Shown piece by piece: positions 41,231 to 51,001 of a stretch of 64,000 nt of DNA (its first letter is position 1; every line of letters starts with the position of its first letter). The DNA is taken from positions 64,001-128,000 of the IMG/VR virus record IMGVR_UViG_2751185671_000004, one strand, 5' to 3'. The notes beneath the pieces are model-generated. The model was not told where the DNA came from, did not search any database, and was given only the letters and a program-made list of their open reading frames with translations. Made by a program: the position numbers and the translations under genes. This DNA is from a virus (Duplodnaviria > Caudoviricetes).

Positions 41231-41325
41231 AATTGAAAGACCTCTGTGGGATAAACGGGAATTCTGACTAATATACTTATGTTTACTAAAGAACTCTACT
41301 CATTAACTAAGGTTAGGAGTGTGAA

Positions 41326-41559
41326 ATGTCGAATATCGAAGTTACTCTTCCAGCAGTAGATGGAAGTCTTTATTGTCCTCATGAGTTCGGTGAATCCTGC
41401 AAACTAGCGATTCATACCCTCATTTCCGATGATTTCGCGGCACCACCCCAAAATATGGTAATTGAAGTAAAAACAGAATCAGGAAAATCAGTAAAAGTCT
41501 ATGTACCTTATGATCGTAATCTTAACGCATCAGTAACTGTAGATGGTGAAGCACTATAA
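41326..41559 (+). CDS. Small hypothetical cassette gene
   Basis: AGGAG RBS; followed by attC-like site. Confidence 0.65.
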   Translation: MSNIEVTLPAVDGSLYCPHEFGESCKLAIHTLISDDFAAPPQNMVIEVKTESGKSVKVYVPYDRNLNASVTVDGEAL

Positions 41560-41619
41560 ACATGACAAGCCAATTAAACTAGGACGCCGTAAACTGCAGC
41601 CTTTGTTGGAACGTTAAAT
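41560..41619 (+). other. Degenerate attC-like site
   Basis: ACATGAC...GTTAAAT imperfect palindrome between two genes. Confidence 0.55.
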
Positions 41620-41644
41620 AAATTATGGATATATCGAGATAACT

Positions 41645-42094
41645 ATGAGTGATGGAATAATTGCCGAAGCACGTTATATTTGTTCAAACTGTGGTCATGA
41701 ACACACTTTGAGTAAAGATGAAATAATGTTTGAAGCAGAGTCTGCGTCTGAAAGAGGTATGGGAAAAGAATGCCAGTACACTGCTTATATTGATTACCCA
41801 TGTGATAATTGTAATGAAGATATACATTTAAAATTTGAAGCATGGGAATACCCTAACGGTATCCTTAATGATACTAGTCATGAAGCATCTGGGGCAAAAA
41901 TACTCGATGTCAGTTTTAAAACTTACCATCGACCACCTGATCCAGAAGAAGATAATTCCAGAGTATTGGGGGCAGCCGCAGGCGGGGCAATATTTGGCGC
42001 TTCGGTTGGCGGACCTTTTGGTGCCCTCATTGGCGGTATTGTTGGTGGATTAATCGGTGACTCTGTAAAAAATGGTGGCAAGAAGAATGGATAA
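41645..42094 (+). CDS. Zinc-ribbon protein with C-terminal glycine zipper
   Basis: CSNCG, CDNC; GAAAGGAIFGASVGGPFGALIGG. Confidence 0.75.
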   Translation: MSDGIIAEARYICSNCGHEHTLSKDEIMFEAESASERGMGKECQYTAYIDYPCDNCNEDIHLKFEAWEYPNGILNDTSHEASGAKILDVSFKTYHRPPDPEEDNSRVLGAAAGGAIFGASVGGPFGALIGGIVGGLIGDSVKNGGKKNG

Positions 42095-42440
42095 AGCCAT
42101 ATTCATACCTTCAGCCATTATTGGGGTCATATTGATAAGTATCTATGCATACAGATGTCATGCAGCAAAAAAAGAATTCAATCAGGCTGTCATGGTTAAT
42201 GCCATTCTTCAGTCAAGTGGCGTTGTGTGCGGTGCACTTTTAGTAGCCGGTACAATAAATGAAGATGCGAGAGAGCTTTTAAAAGAAATCGACCTTTACA
42301 TTTTCATTGCCGGGATGGTGATTGTAGCCGCTTCATTAAAAGGTATTTATTCGGATATATTTTTATCCACTAAGGCAAATGGTTCTAAATTACCTAACAA
42401 TGCAAGCAGTACGGACGCAAAAGGTCGCACCACCTATTAA
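42072..42440 (+). CDS. Three-helix membrane protein
   Basis: Three hydrophobic segments; overlaps upstream gene; reads into attC-like site. Confidence 0.7.
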   Translation: MVARRMDKAIFIPSAIIGVILISIYAYRCHAAKKEFNQAVMVNAILQSSGVVCGALLVAGTINEDARELLKEIDLYIFIAGMVIVAASLKGIYSDIFLSTKANGSKLPNNASSTDAKGRTTY

Positions 42441-42450
42441 GCTATTATAT
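42392..42450 (+). other. Degenerate attC-like site
   Basis: ACCTAAC...ATTATAT. Confidence 0.5.
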
Positions 42451-42647
42451 CAAATGAAGCTAATAGGTCATAGTTTGGTTTCTTGTTTGCGAGCAAAGTA
42501 GAGTTTCTTGATATTAGCATTCAAAACTAGTCTGATGTCTAATTAAGATTTAGTAGACTCACAGAGTGATAGTATGAAAGGCAATTAGCGGCTTACGTTT
42601 GCCAATCGAGGCTGTTTAGGTGTATTGTTGTGTTGCAACTCCTTGAG

Positions 42648-42673
42648 CCTGTTAGAGTTTTATCTACAACATT
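42648..42673 (+). repeat. Exact 26-bp core of repeated element, copy C
   Basis: Identical to 41205-41230. Confidence 0.9.
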
Positions 42674-42750
42674 GATCGGAAGGCCGTTGTGTATAACTGG
42701 AAATTCCCACTGGGGTAGTTTTACGCACCCTTATAATTCGGAGAGATAGG

Positions 42751-43032
42751 ATGAATTCTGAGAAATACAATAGAAGTATTAGGTTACTATGCCCAACATG
42801 CGGGTGTTCTGATTTTTCGTATGATGAGGGCGCGGATGAAACTATTCAGATTATGACCTGTGCCTTATGTGAAAGAGAATTAAACAAAGACGAGCTAATT
42901 CAAGAGAATAGCGAAAATATTGATGAGCACCTCTCTGAAATTAAGAAAGAGGTTACGGAAGGTATTGCTGATGAACTTCGCAAATCCCTCAAAAAAGCAT
43001 TTTCAGGTAGTAAAAATATTAGGATCAAATAA
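42751..43032 (+). CDS. Small zinc-binding protein (ECs_2282-like)
   Basis: LCPTCG...CALC; GGAG RBS. Confidence 0.7.
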   Translation: MNSEKYNRSIRLLCPTCGCSDFSYDEGADETIQIMTCALCERELNKDELIQENSENIDEHLSEIKKEVTEGIADELRKSLKKAFSGSKNIRIK

Positions 43033-43505
43033 TGCCAGTAACTATTGATGCAGGTGATATTATCGCTGGTTTGGCATTTCTCCTATCAGGCTATGCAACT
43101 TGGCAAACTGTTAGTTTTAACAAGAAGCAAAAATCTCTTGTTGAAAGCCAAGAGAAGTTAAACAATCTTCTATTAGAGAAGGGAAATGAGGACTCATTAA
43201 ATGAAAAAAGAGCCGATCTTGGAGCATCTTTCATTAAACTGGGCAGCAATAAATATCGGCTTAAAATTTGGAATAAAGGGGCTTCAACTGCTAGAAACGT
43301 AAAAATAGATTTTCCAGAGGGGAACGATGTAATAATTGATTCTGAAGTCACTGATAAATTTCCAATGGAAAGTTTAGAGAGACATCAGTCGGTCGAATTG
43401 ATAGCTGCGGTTCACATGCTGACCAAATCTAAGCATGTAATTCGGCTTATTTGGGAAGATGACGCTCAATCTCACAATGAAAAGCTGTCCTATCCAACAC
43501 TGTAA
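43032..43505 (+). CDS. N-terminally anchored hypothetical protein
   Basis: TAATG coupling with upstream gene; TM helix; IWNKGASTARNV. Confidence 0.7.
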   Translation: MPVTIDAGDIIAGLAFLLSGYATWQTVSFNKKQKSLVESQEKLNNLLLEKGNEDSLNEKRADLGASFIKLGSNKYRLKIWNKGASTARNVKIDFPEGNDVIIDSEVTDKFPMESLERHQSVELIAAVHMLTKSKHVIRLIWEDDAQSHNEKLSYPTL

Positions 43506-43507
43506 AC

Positions 43508-43579
43508 ATGTAACAAGCTCATGCTAACGGACTGGTTTTCCGCTGTTCTCCAAATCAGTCGTAAATACGAGCGCTATAT
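43508..43579 (+). other. Degenerate attC-like site
   Basis: ATGTAAC-aagctc...gactggtttt/aaatcagtc...gagc-GCTATAT palindrome right after stop. Confidence 0.6.
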
Positions 43580-44042
43580 AGAATGACCTCATTGTAAATA
43601 CTATACGTCATAGCTTGTTTTTTGTGCGACAGTGATGTGGAAAATGTGCACATTCGTTATCTCTACTAAGCTTGCTTTTGTGACAAAAAACTCTAGACGT
43701 CAGTCACGCGTCCAATATTTATGTATTGGACACTTACAACTATTCACAGAACCATTGCAAAAAAAGATGACAACTATCCGTGAGAGCAAACAGCTTAGGG
43801 AGCTTTTGATTGACACCAAAAGCATTACTTTGTCAGCATCACTTTATTTATATGATTGTTTTGCCTTTTATATATAGTCGGTATTCAAAACCAATCTGGC
43901 GCAGGATAGAATTTAAGTAAATGTAGGTATAGTCGTGCAGCTTCTTCGAGACGATCAGGGGCTAGGTGCTCTTATCTTATTGTTTGGTTGTTCGAGTATT
44001 CGTTTTAACTTTCAGTTTCCGCAGCAACGCTTTGTTAAGTAC

Positions 44043-44648
44043 CTACTTACCGTCGTCCCACGAATTCAAAAAATCAGCAAGAATATCGCCGTGGCAAGCT
44101 TCTGGTTTACAAAAACACCCCAGACGCTTTCCTGCTAATTTATACACTTCAGATTTTTCTTTGTTAGGAAATTTTTCATAGTCAAAATCGTATTTATATT
44201 TACGTATGACCTCGTTTCGATCATCTCCTTCACTATACATTGAGTAAGGGTTTCCCCAGTAAGAACCTCTTCCAATGTACTCATAATTCGGCGTACTCTT
44301 CTCTTTTTGGTATTCTGGCTCAGTTTTTATATTTACAACTCGTGTTATAGCAATACTAATAACTCTTAGCGGCTTACCGCTATCCTTTATTTTTTTTATT
44401 TCTTCTCCGAACTCTTCACCATCATCAAAAATAATTGCATGAGTTATATCGTCAGTTGTCCAATTAATTAATTTTATGCTCTTCAATTTTCCTGGGTTTT
44501 CATCACACAATCTCTGTATAAAATCACACGGATCGTTTGGATAAGTTAAAACAACATCTTTGAGACTTGAAGATATTTTCTCTACTTTTCTAGAAAACTT
44601 TGAGTAGCAATTAAATAGTTTTGGATAAAGAATTAATACTGTCGCCAT
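44043..44648 (-). CDS. DUF4326 domain protein
   Basis: YIGRGSYWGNPY, LAGKRLGCFCKPEACHGDILA. Confidence 0.88.
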   Translation of the reverse strand: MATVLILYPKLFNCYSKFSRKVEKISSSLKDVVLTYPNDPCDFIQRLCDENPGKLKSIKLINWTTDDITHAIIFDDGEEFGEEIKKIKDSGKPLRVISIAITRVVNIKTEPEYQKEKSTPNYEYIGRGSYWGNPYSMYSEGDDRNEVIRKYKYDFDYEKFPNKEKSEVYKLAGKRLGCFCKPEACHGDILADFLNSWDDGK

Positions 44649-45100
44649 TAATACAAATGCTTCACTTTTAGATCTAATTCAGAATTCTCATTAAGGTACT
44701 CAACAACAAGCCTCCTATGACATAAATGCGGTTCATGCTCACTACACAATAAGCAACCTTGATCTAGCAATGCAGGCTTTACTGACCTTTCTATATTTCT
44801 TTGCCCCATAAGATTTAGAAATTTATCTTCATACTCTTCCCAGGGTATTTCACCTTTTTTATAAGCATTCAAGATGTCTTTTGTTGGAGCAAGCTCTGGA
44901 ACATGCACGTAATCCGTATTACAAAGCTCTTTTAAGAAAAATCTAAGGTCATCTCTCTTTGCAAAACCGGCAAGTTGAGAAATATTGTTTAATCGCACAT
45001 CCAAAAGTGTACTTATTTCTGATGTGCGAATGAGGTTAAAGAATGTTTCTGCGTTCTTTTTAGTAAAACCAATCGTGTATATATCTATTTCATTAGCCAT
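44648..45100 (-). CDS. DUF488 domain protein
   Basis: IYTIGFTKK, LLDVRL, CLLCSE...CHRRLV. Confidence 0.9.
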   Translation of the reverse strand: MANEIDIYTIGFTKKNAETFFNLIRTSEISTLLDVRLNNISQLAGFAKRDDLRFFLKELCNTDYVHVPELAPTKDILNAYKKGEIPWEEYEDKFLNLMGQRNIERSVKPALLDQGCLLCSEHEPHLCHRRLVVEYLNENSELDLKVKHLY

Positions 45101-45800
45101 AGCTTCTTATCTCATCGTGAAACCTTGGAAATGTATAGATTCCGTTAACCTGCAACCAGTATCCATTCCTCTCTCCAATAGCCCAGACTCTACTTAATCC
45201 CACTCTTAGATAGACTGAATCCTGTTTATTTATTAAATCAGTGACCTCGTGTAGCCTATCATCATTTTGGTGCTTTTTCGCATAGTCATGAAATCCCCTA
45301 TCAGTGATTGAAAGATAGTTGTACTTATGTCCACTATCATCTGTGAAAGAAGCTTTAATTTTTCCTGGTTTAAACTGGTCTTCATGAATGCTTAACTGAC
45401 GTGGCAAGACCTTAATCGTGATTATTGAACAATTTGCCTCTTGACCGTAGGGAATATGTTTCTGATTAGAATCAAAATCAATACCAAAACCTTGTGACAC
45501 AGAATCACTCGATGAGTTTTCTAGTATTTGAAGGAACTGCTCACCATTGCATGCACCATAAAATTTTAGGTCGGAATAACTAGCATCCTCAACATGAGGA
45601 TTATCTCTATTTTGCTGCAAAGAAATATTCCCTTTCAAGATTGCACCAGGATGAATACCTAATTCCTCACATTTAGTGCTTTTTAAATAAGGCATTGGCC
45701 GGAAACATTCGCCTGTCTTCACATCAATTACGGCTGTACAGACATTATCACCGGTAGAAAACCTTGTTAAGTCTGTGATTATTACTTCTCTCATTCTCAC
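45093..45800 (-). CDS. Dual OB-fold-like protein
   Basis: CTAVID...FRP, PHVED, LSITD, LRVGLSR...LQVNGI; typical DUF488 partner. Confidence 0.65.
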   Translation of the reverse strand: MRMREVIITDLTRFSTGDNVCTAVIDVKTGECFRPMPYLKSTKCEELGIHPGAILKGNISLQQNRDNPHVEDASYSDLKFYGACNGEQFLQILENSSSDSVSQGFGIDFDSNQKHIPYGQEANCSIITIKVLPRQLSIHEDQFKPGKIKASFTDDSGHKYNYLSITDRGFHDYAKKHQNDDRLHEVTDLINKQDSVYLRVGLSRVWAIGERNGYWLQVNGIYTFPRFHDEIRSYG

Positions 45801-46249
45801 TCCTTAAGCTTAATTTTTTGTACTCTAGTTTTCAATTTTGATGCACAAGCTACCAGAGAAAAACCCAAAACAAATAATATAAACATTATTATTATTAGAT
45901 TTCAAAGTCGCAACTTACTCATAGCAGATATTAGGTATTAGGCAAAATTTTGAGTATGTAGCATGTTTTATTGATTATTTCGGCCTGTCAATTAAAAATA
46001 ACTCATCACAAAATCAAGGACTTTTATATGCATAGAAATACTTTCCTAATCTGATAAGCGACTATAACAGGCAAGTTAAGCATATATAATTCTTCGTGAA
46101 TGTCTAGGTTAACTGACGTCAAAAGGCTTAATTCGATATAGAACTAAAAACTACAAGCAGATGCACCACATTGATGCATAACAACTTTACCAATTCTTAC
46201 AAGGACTTACCACTAAGCCTAAATACATCACAGAAAGGGTTTGAACCGA

Positions 46250-46304
46250 GTTCCCTCCCCTCCACCAATAGATAAAAGCCAACCCCTATCAGGTTGGCTT
46301 TTTT
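46250..46304 (+). other. tmRNA/tRNA 3'-end-like att remnant (...CTCCACCA) plus terminator
   Basis: cctccacca followed by AGCCAACC/GGTTGGCT-T6 hairpin; no full RNA gene. Confidence 0.4.
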
Positions 46305-46862
46305 ATGCCTGCCCCCCGCGCTACAGCCCAGTAACGGCAAGGGTTTGCGGACTTCGGCTATTTTTTAATCCCGGACTTCATAGCATCAAATTCTCTCTTC
46401 TCCCCTATATTCTCTCTCACTATGCCACGCACCACTTTCGAAGTCCGTCGATGACGAAAAATTATTTCCTTATAAATCAATAACTTAGCGACGGAATTTT
46501 ATGATGGTTTTTTGAGGGCAATGGCTACCCAAAAAGAAATACGCAAACCTTACTCAGAACGGAGAAAACCAGAGGGGTTTATAGTTAGCTAAACCAAAGA
46601 GGTAATTAACTGTACTAATAAAAACCAAATACAGCCCATAGATATAAGGAATAAAATCAATATATTAAGAGTATTTTTCAATCTTATTTTGTACTAGAAG
46701 AGAGATATCAGGCATAGGTTTATCATTCATTCATTTATTGCTAGGTATGGAAGTAGCAACAAACCTATATTAAGTATATTTCCACTCAAGAGAAAAGACT
46801 AAATATCAACCATAGGAATTGCTCAGTGGACAACAATGTGGCCACTAATCAGCAACCCTATT

Positions 46863-46890
46863 ATTTTAAGCTGCCTATACGGCAGTAAAC
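46863..46890 (-). CRISPR. Solitary type I-F repeat, degenerate (3 mismatches)
   Basis: GTTTACTGCCGTATAGGCAGCTTAAAAT. Confidence 0.8.
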
Positions 46891-46962
46891 ATACTGGAAG
46901 CGCTAGTCTGCCTACCTGAGCGTACATGGAAAACCTATTATCAACACATCCAAAGGCCAGCC

Positions 46963-47448
46963 ATGTCGATAGCAGAAACGCCCCCTTCTACACTAACGCA
47001 GATCATGCAGCTTGAAAACATGGCAATGAAAGAACTGTTAGTCATATGGCAGGAATTCAACCAAACATCACCCCCAGTGCGAGCAAGAAGTTATATTGAG
47101 CGGCGTCTGCCTTACGCATTATAAGTTAACTCGTTAAGTGCTGATGATAAGAAAATTATTAAAAGAAATACACAACGTATTAAAGAGATTAGCCAAACAT
47201 ACGCAATCAATAAAAGTAAAAATAAACAAAACACTTATATTCCAGTACCGGGCACCATTTTGAAACGACTTTATAACGATGTGGAATACGAGGTGATTGT
47301 GCGATCAGATGAACAGTTTGAATTTCAAAAACGCCCTTACAAAAGTTTATCCAAAATTGCGAAAGAGATTACCGGTACACATTGGTCTGGGCCTGCATTT
47401 TTTGGCTCTCGACAATCTAAGAAAATAGTGAAAAAATCATCAACATAA
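46963..47448 (+). pseudogene. Second DUF2924 copy with in-frame TAA at 47122
   Basis: Close DNA similarity to 30383-30890 starting at 46906; CAA>TAA. Confidence 0.9.
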
Positions 47449-47608
47449 AAATAATATTAAATGCTAAAATATTTTGGTATCAAGGTTACACAAAAAGGTG
47501 TAGTCACAAAGACTTTACCTATAGTAGGAGGCCTTATTGGAGGTGGCTGGAACTATATTGAAGTTAGTGTAATAAAAAAGAACAATTTCATCTTTTGAAG
47601 CAAACTAA

Positions 47609-47674
47609 GCATAACAAGTTGCTGATAGATACAAGACTACTGTGCTTCAGTTTTTTCAAAACAAGGCGTTATAT
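47609..47674 (+). other. attC-like site after a gene fragment (47461-47598, LPIVGGLIGGGWN, EcsC-like C-terminus)
   Basis: GCATAAC...GTTATAT; next ~150 bp resemble 43575-43720. Confidence 0.55.
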
Positions 47675-47954
47675 CGAATGATCGCACTGTAGATACTAAT
47701 GTGTCATAGCTTCTTTTTTTGTGCGGCGGAAAACTGAAAGAAGCACACGCTCGTTATCGTTGACTAAATATCTGCTTGTGATAAAAAGTTCTAAACGCCA
47801 ATCATACTTCCAATACTGACCAGTACTTGACTTAATGAAGGATATTAATTCACAAAAATAAACTGCAGTGAATAGTTAAGTGTGTGTCCACAATAGTTTA
47901 GCACAGTGAAAATTATCCTTCATACCCAGACACACGCTTAGACCAATTTTCGAC

Positions 47955-48729
47955 GGTTTTGTCGCATACCGGACTTTTGAAATTTTACCCTTTATACTGC
48001 CGGTTCATATTTAGCCACTAGTCTAAGTAGCCAATGATCATTTTGCAAAGTGTTCGCTGGTACTGCGCTTATGCACTCGGTTACCGAAATATTGATGAGA
48101 TAATGGCTGATCGCGGAACTGACGTTGACCACAGTACTTTGAATTGTTGGGTAATATTCTACGCGCCGAAATTAGAAAAGCTTTTCAAAAAAAGAAGCGT
48201 CTACCCGGGAATAAATGGCGGCTTGATGAGACGTATCTCAGAGTTAAAGGCCAGTGGAAATATTATTGTGCCGTTGGTAAACATGGTAATGCCGTTGACT
48301 TTTTACTGACCGCCAAGCGTGATAAGAAGGCGGCTCAACACTTTTTCGCAAAAACGGTTAAACACAATGGAAAGCCCTGCTTATTAAATATTGATAAAAG
48401 CGGCGCCAATAAATCAAACATAAGACAATTCAGCCAAGGTAACAATGAGCGTGTTAAAATCTGTCAGTGTAAATATTTAAACGATGTCATTGAGCAGGAT
48501 CATCGGCGAATTACAAGACTCTCCCGCTCAATGCTTGGCTTTAAGAATTTTCATTGTACACAAAAAACATTGGCAGAAATTGAAGTTGCGGTAATGATCA
48601 AAAAAGGGCAAATGAAGAAAACTATTGCTAACGGTCTGTAATGCACTAAACAATTCTATGCTTTGGCTGTGTAAGCCGCAAATCCCCTTTTAACTTTTGA
48701 CGCCGAATTAATTAGTTGCGACGAAAATT
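47955..48729 (+). mobile_element. IS6-family element with frameshifted transposase
   Basis: IRs ggttttgtcgca / ttgcgacgaaaa; WRLDETY, IEQDHR; split ORFs 48034 and 48144. Confidence 0.88.
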
Positions 48730-48799
48730 TTTAAAAACACCCAATCAAATAATGTTTGGGATCAAACCAATAATTGCACTAGCGAGTTGAATCTACATT

Positions 48800-50248
48800 A
48801 TGAAAGACAATATATTTAGAAACAAAAATAAATGGTTTTACCTTTTCTTAATGATGTGTATTACCTTCTTTAGCCTTCAGTCTCATGCGGGGAGTAAAAA
48901 GTTACGGTTTGGTTCACCTGAATCCGCAGGAATGGATTCAGAAAAAATTAAGCAGGTTGCTCAGAACCTGCAAGTTCTTGTCGATGAAGAACGTTTGGCG
49001 GGTATGGTAACCATCGCTGCGCGTCATGGCAAAATAGTTCATTACGAAACCATGGGCTATCAGGATATTGCGACAAAAACACCTATGGAAAAGGACACCA
49101 TCTTTAGAGTGTACTCTATGTCTAAACCGATAACCGGTGTCGCGATGATGATGTTGTTTGAGGAAAAAAAGTTTCGTCTTTCAGATCCTGTCGAAAAATA
49201 CATTCCTGAATTTGCTGATATGCAAGTTTATGTGGGTTTGGATGATGACGGTAATATGATCACTGAACCTGCTAATAGCAGCATAACCATTCGTCAGTTG
49301 ATGAATCACACTGCTGGTTTTGGATATGGCACAATGATGGGCAACCATCCTGTTCATGTTATGTTATCAGAGGCAAATAATTTTGATGCTGACTCCAGCT
49401 TACAAGACATGATCACTAAAATGTCTACCGTCCCTCTTTTATTTCAGCCCGGTACAAATTTCTCTTATAGCGCATCAGTAGATATTCAGGGTTATCTTGT
49501 AGAAAAATTGTCTGGTCAGCGTTTTGGTGAATTTTTGCAAGAACGAATCTTCGAGCCACTGGAAATGAATGATACCGCTTTCTATGTTCCAGTAGAAAAA
49601 CATGATCGCCTTGCAGAGGTTTATCATTATGACATCAACAGTAAGCTGGTAGAACAAGAGTTATACGGCAATGTTATTCGTTTTAAAGAAGAGCAAATGC
49701 TGGAAGCCGGTGGTTGGGGCCTGGTTTCAACCGCGATGGATTATTTAAGATTTTCACAAATGTTACTCAACGGCGGTAAATTAGATGGCGTAAGACTTTT
49801 AAAACCAAAGACTGTAAGGATGATGCGTACAAATCAGCTCCCGGAGCATCTGGTTAATAATTTGGATCCATTGCTTGGTGGGCAGCCTGGAGCAAGTTTT
49901 GGGCTTAATTTTGGCATTGTTGAAGATCCTGAAGGTAACCCGGTTGGTGGCTATTCTAAAGGGGAATACTATTGGGGTGGAGCTGCCGGAACCTGGTTCT
50001 GGATTGACCCAGTTGAAGACTTGGTTTTCGTTGGTATGGTTCAACAGTTTGCCGGTCAGCCCCAAATTCCTGATGTTAGAATGATATCGAAACACGCGTT
50101 CTATCAGGCAATTACAGACAGTGAGTCTGATGACGACGATACAGACAGTGAGTCTGATGACGACGATACAGACAGCGAGTCTGATGACGACGATACAGAC
50201 AGCGAGTCTGATGACGACGATACAGACAGCGAGTCTGATGACGACTAG
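48800..50248 (+). CDS. Secreted serine hydrolase, beta-lactamase (class C-like) family
   Basis: Signal peptide, YSMSK (SxxK), LMNHTAG, FSYS, YYWGGAAGT; acidic repeat tail. Confidence 0.92.
   Translation: MKDNIFRNKNKWFYLFLMMCITFFSLQSHAGSKKLRFGSPESAGMDSEKIKQVAQNLQVLVDEERLAGMVTIAARHGKIVHYETMGYQDIATKTPMEKDTIFRVYSMSKPITGVAMMMLFEEKKFRLSDPVEKYIPEFADMQVYVGLDDDGNMITEPANSSITIRQLMNHTAGFGYGTMMGNHPVHVMLSEANNFDADSSLQDMITKMSTVPLLFQPGTNFSYSASVDIQGYLVEKLSGQRFGEFLQERIFEPLEMNDTAFYVPVEKHDRLAEVYHYDINSKLVEQELYGNVIRFKEEQMLEAGGWGLVSTAMDYLRFSQMLLNGGKLDGVRLLKPKTVRMMRTNQLPEHLVNNLDPLLGGQPGASFGLNFGIVEDPEGNPVGGYSKGEYYWGGAAGTWFWIDPVEDLVFVGMVQQFAGQPQIPDVRMISKHAFYQAITDSESDDDDTDSESDDDDTDSESDDDDTDSESDDDDTDSESDDD
50113..50245 (+). 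repeat. 27-bp tandem repeat x5 (TDSESDDDD)
   Basis: tacagacag(t/c)gagtctgatgacgacga. Confidence 0.95.
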
Positions 50249-50270
50249 ATAGAGGACTACCGGGTTTTGT

Positions 50271-50695
50271 GGTTTTGTCACATACCGGACTTTTGAAATT
50301 CTACTCATTGTACTAGCGGCTCGTATTTAGCCGCTAGACTAAGTAACCAATGATCAGTTTTAAATCTCGCCACTATCCCCAAGAAATCATTCTGCAATGT
50401 TTTCGCTGGTACTTTGCCTATGCACTGAGCTATAGAAATATTGAAGAAATGATGGCGGAGCGAGGCATTGATGTTGACCACAGCACCTTAAATCCTTGGG
50501 TTATATTCTACGCGACGAAAATTAGAAAAGTCCTTTCAACAAAAGAAGTGTTTACCCAGAAAGAGATGGCGGCTTGATGAGACTTATCTCAAACTTAAAG
50601 GCCAGTGGAAATATTATTATCGTGCCGTTAATAAAAGCGGCGCCAATAAATCAGACATAAAACAATTCAACCAAGACAACAGTAATCGTGTTATG
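50271..50695 (+). mobile_element. Truncated IS6-family element
   Basis: Same left end as 47955 copy; MISFKSRHYPQEIILQCFRWY; frameshift and deletion. Confidence 0.85.
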
Positions 50696-50848
50696 AACTA
50701 CCTTTAACTCACTAGACGTTTTTTAGGCGAGAATAATACGTTTGTTCATACTGATTTGACGGCATGTTATCACAGTAACTGTGATGACGTGTGGCGTTGT
50801 AACACCATTTGCAGTAAGACAACCACAGTCCTATATAGACTACCAATC

Positions 50849-50877
50849 AAAGCCACCTTCTATGAAAGTGGCTTTTT
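50849..50877. terminator. Rho-independent terminator-like hairpin
   Basis: AAGCCAC/GTGGCTT-T run. Confidence 0.55.
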
Positions 50878-51001
50878 ACTTTTTTCCTGTGCTTAACAAC
50901 CGAGTAGTGTCGATAGCTTTTAACAAGATGGCCAGTTTAAGTGTACTACCATCATTGTTCTATATATCGTCCAGTATTTGCAAGTTAAAAAGTATTGACT
51001 T

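Noticed and set aside
46190-46268. Complete tRNA or tmRNA gene
   Set aside because: Only a CCACCA 3' end; no intact T-arm or cloverleaf upstream
30383-47410. DUF2924 duplication as DGR template/variable repeat or as attL/attR
   Set aside because: No reverse transcriptase in view, differences are not adenine-specific, and the ~500-bp coding duplication is unlike an att core
48800-50248. ampC resistance gene
   Set aside because: SxxK present but no KTG triad seen; the family includes non-resistance hydrolases
49799-50308. ORF with VVIRLAVCI repeats
   Set aside because: Antisense shadow of the 27-bp repeat in the hydrolase gene
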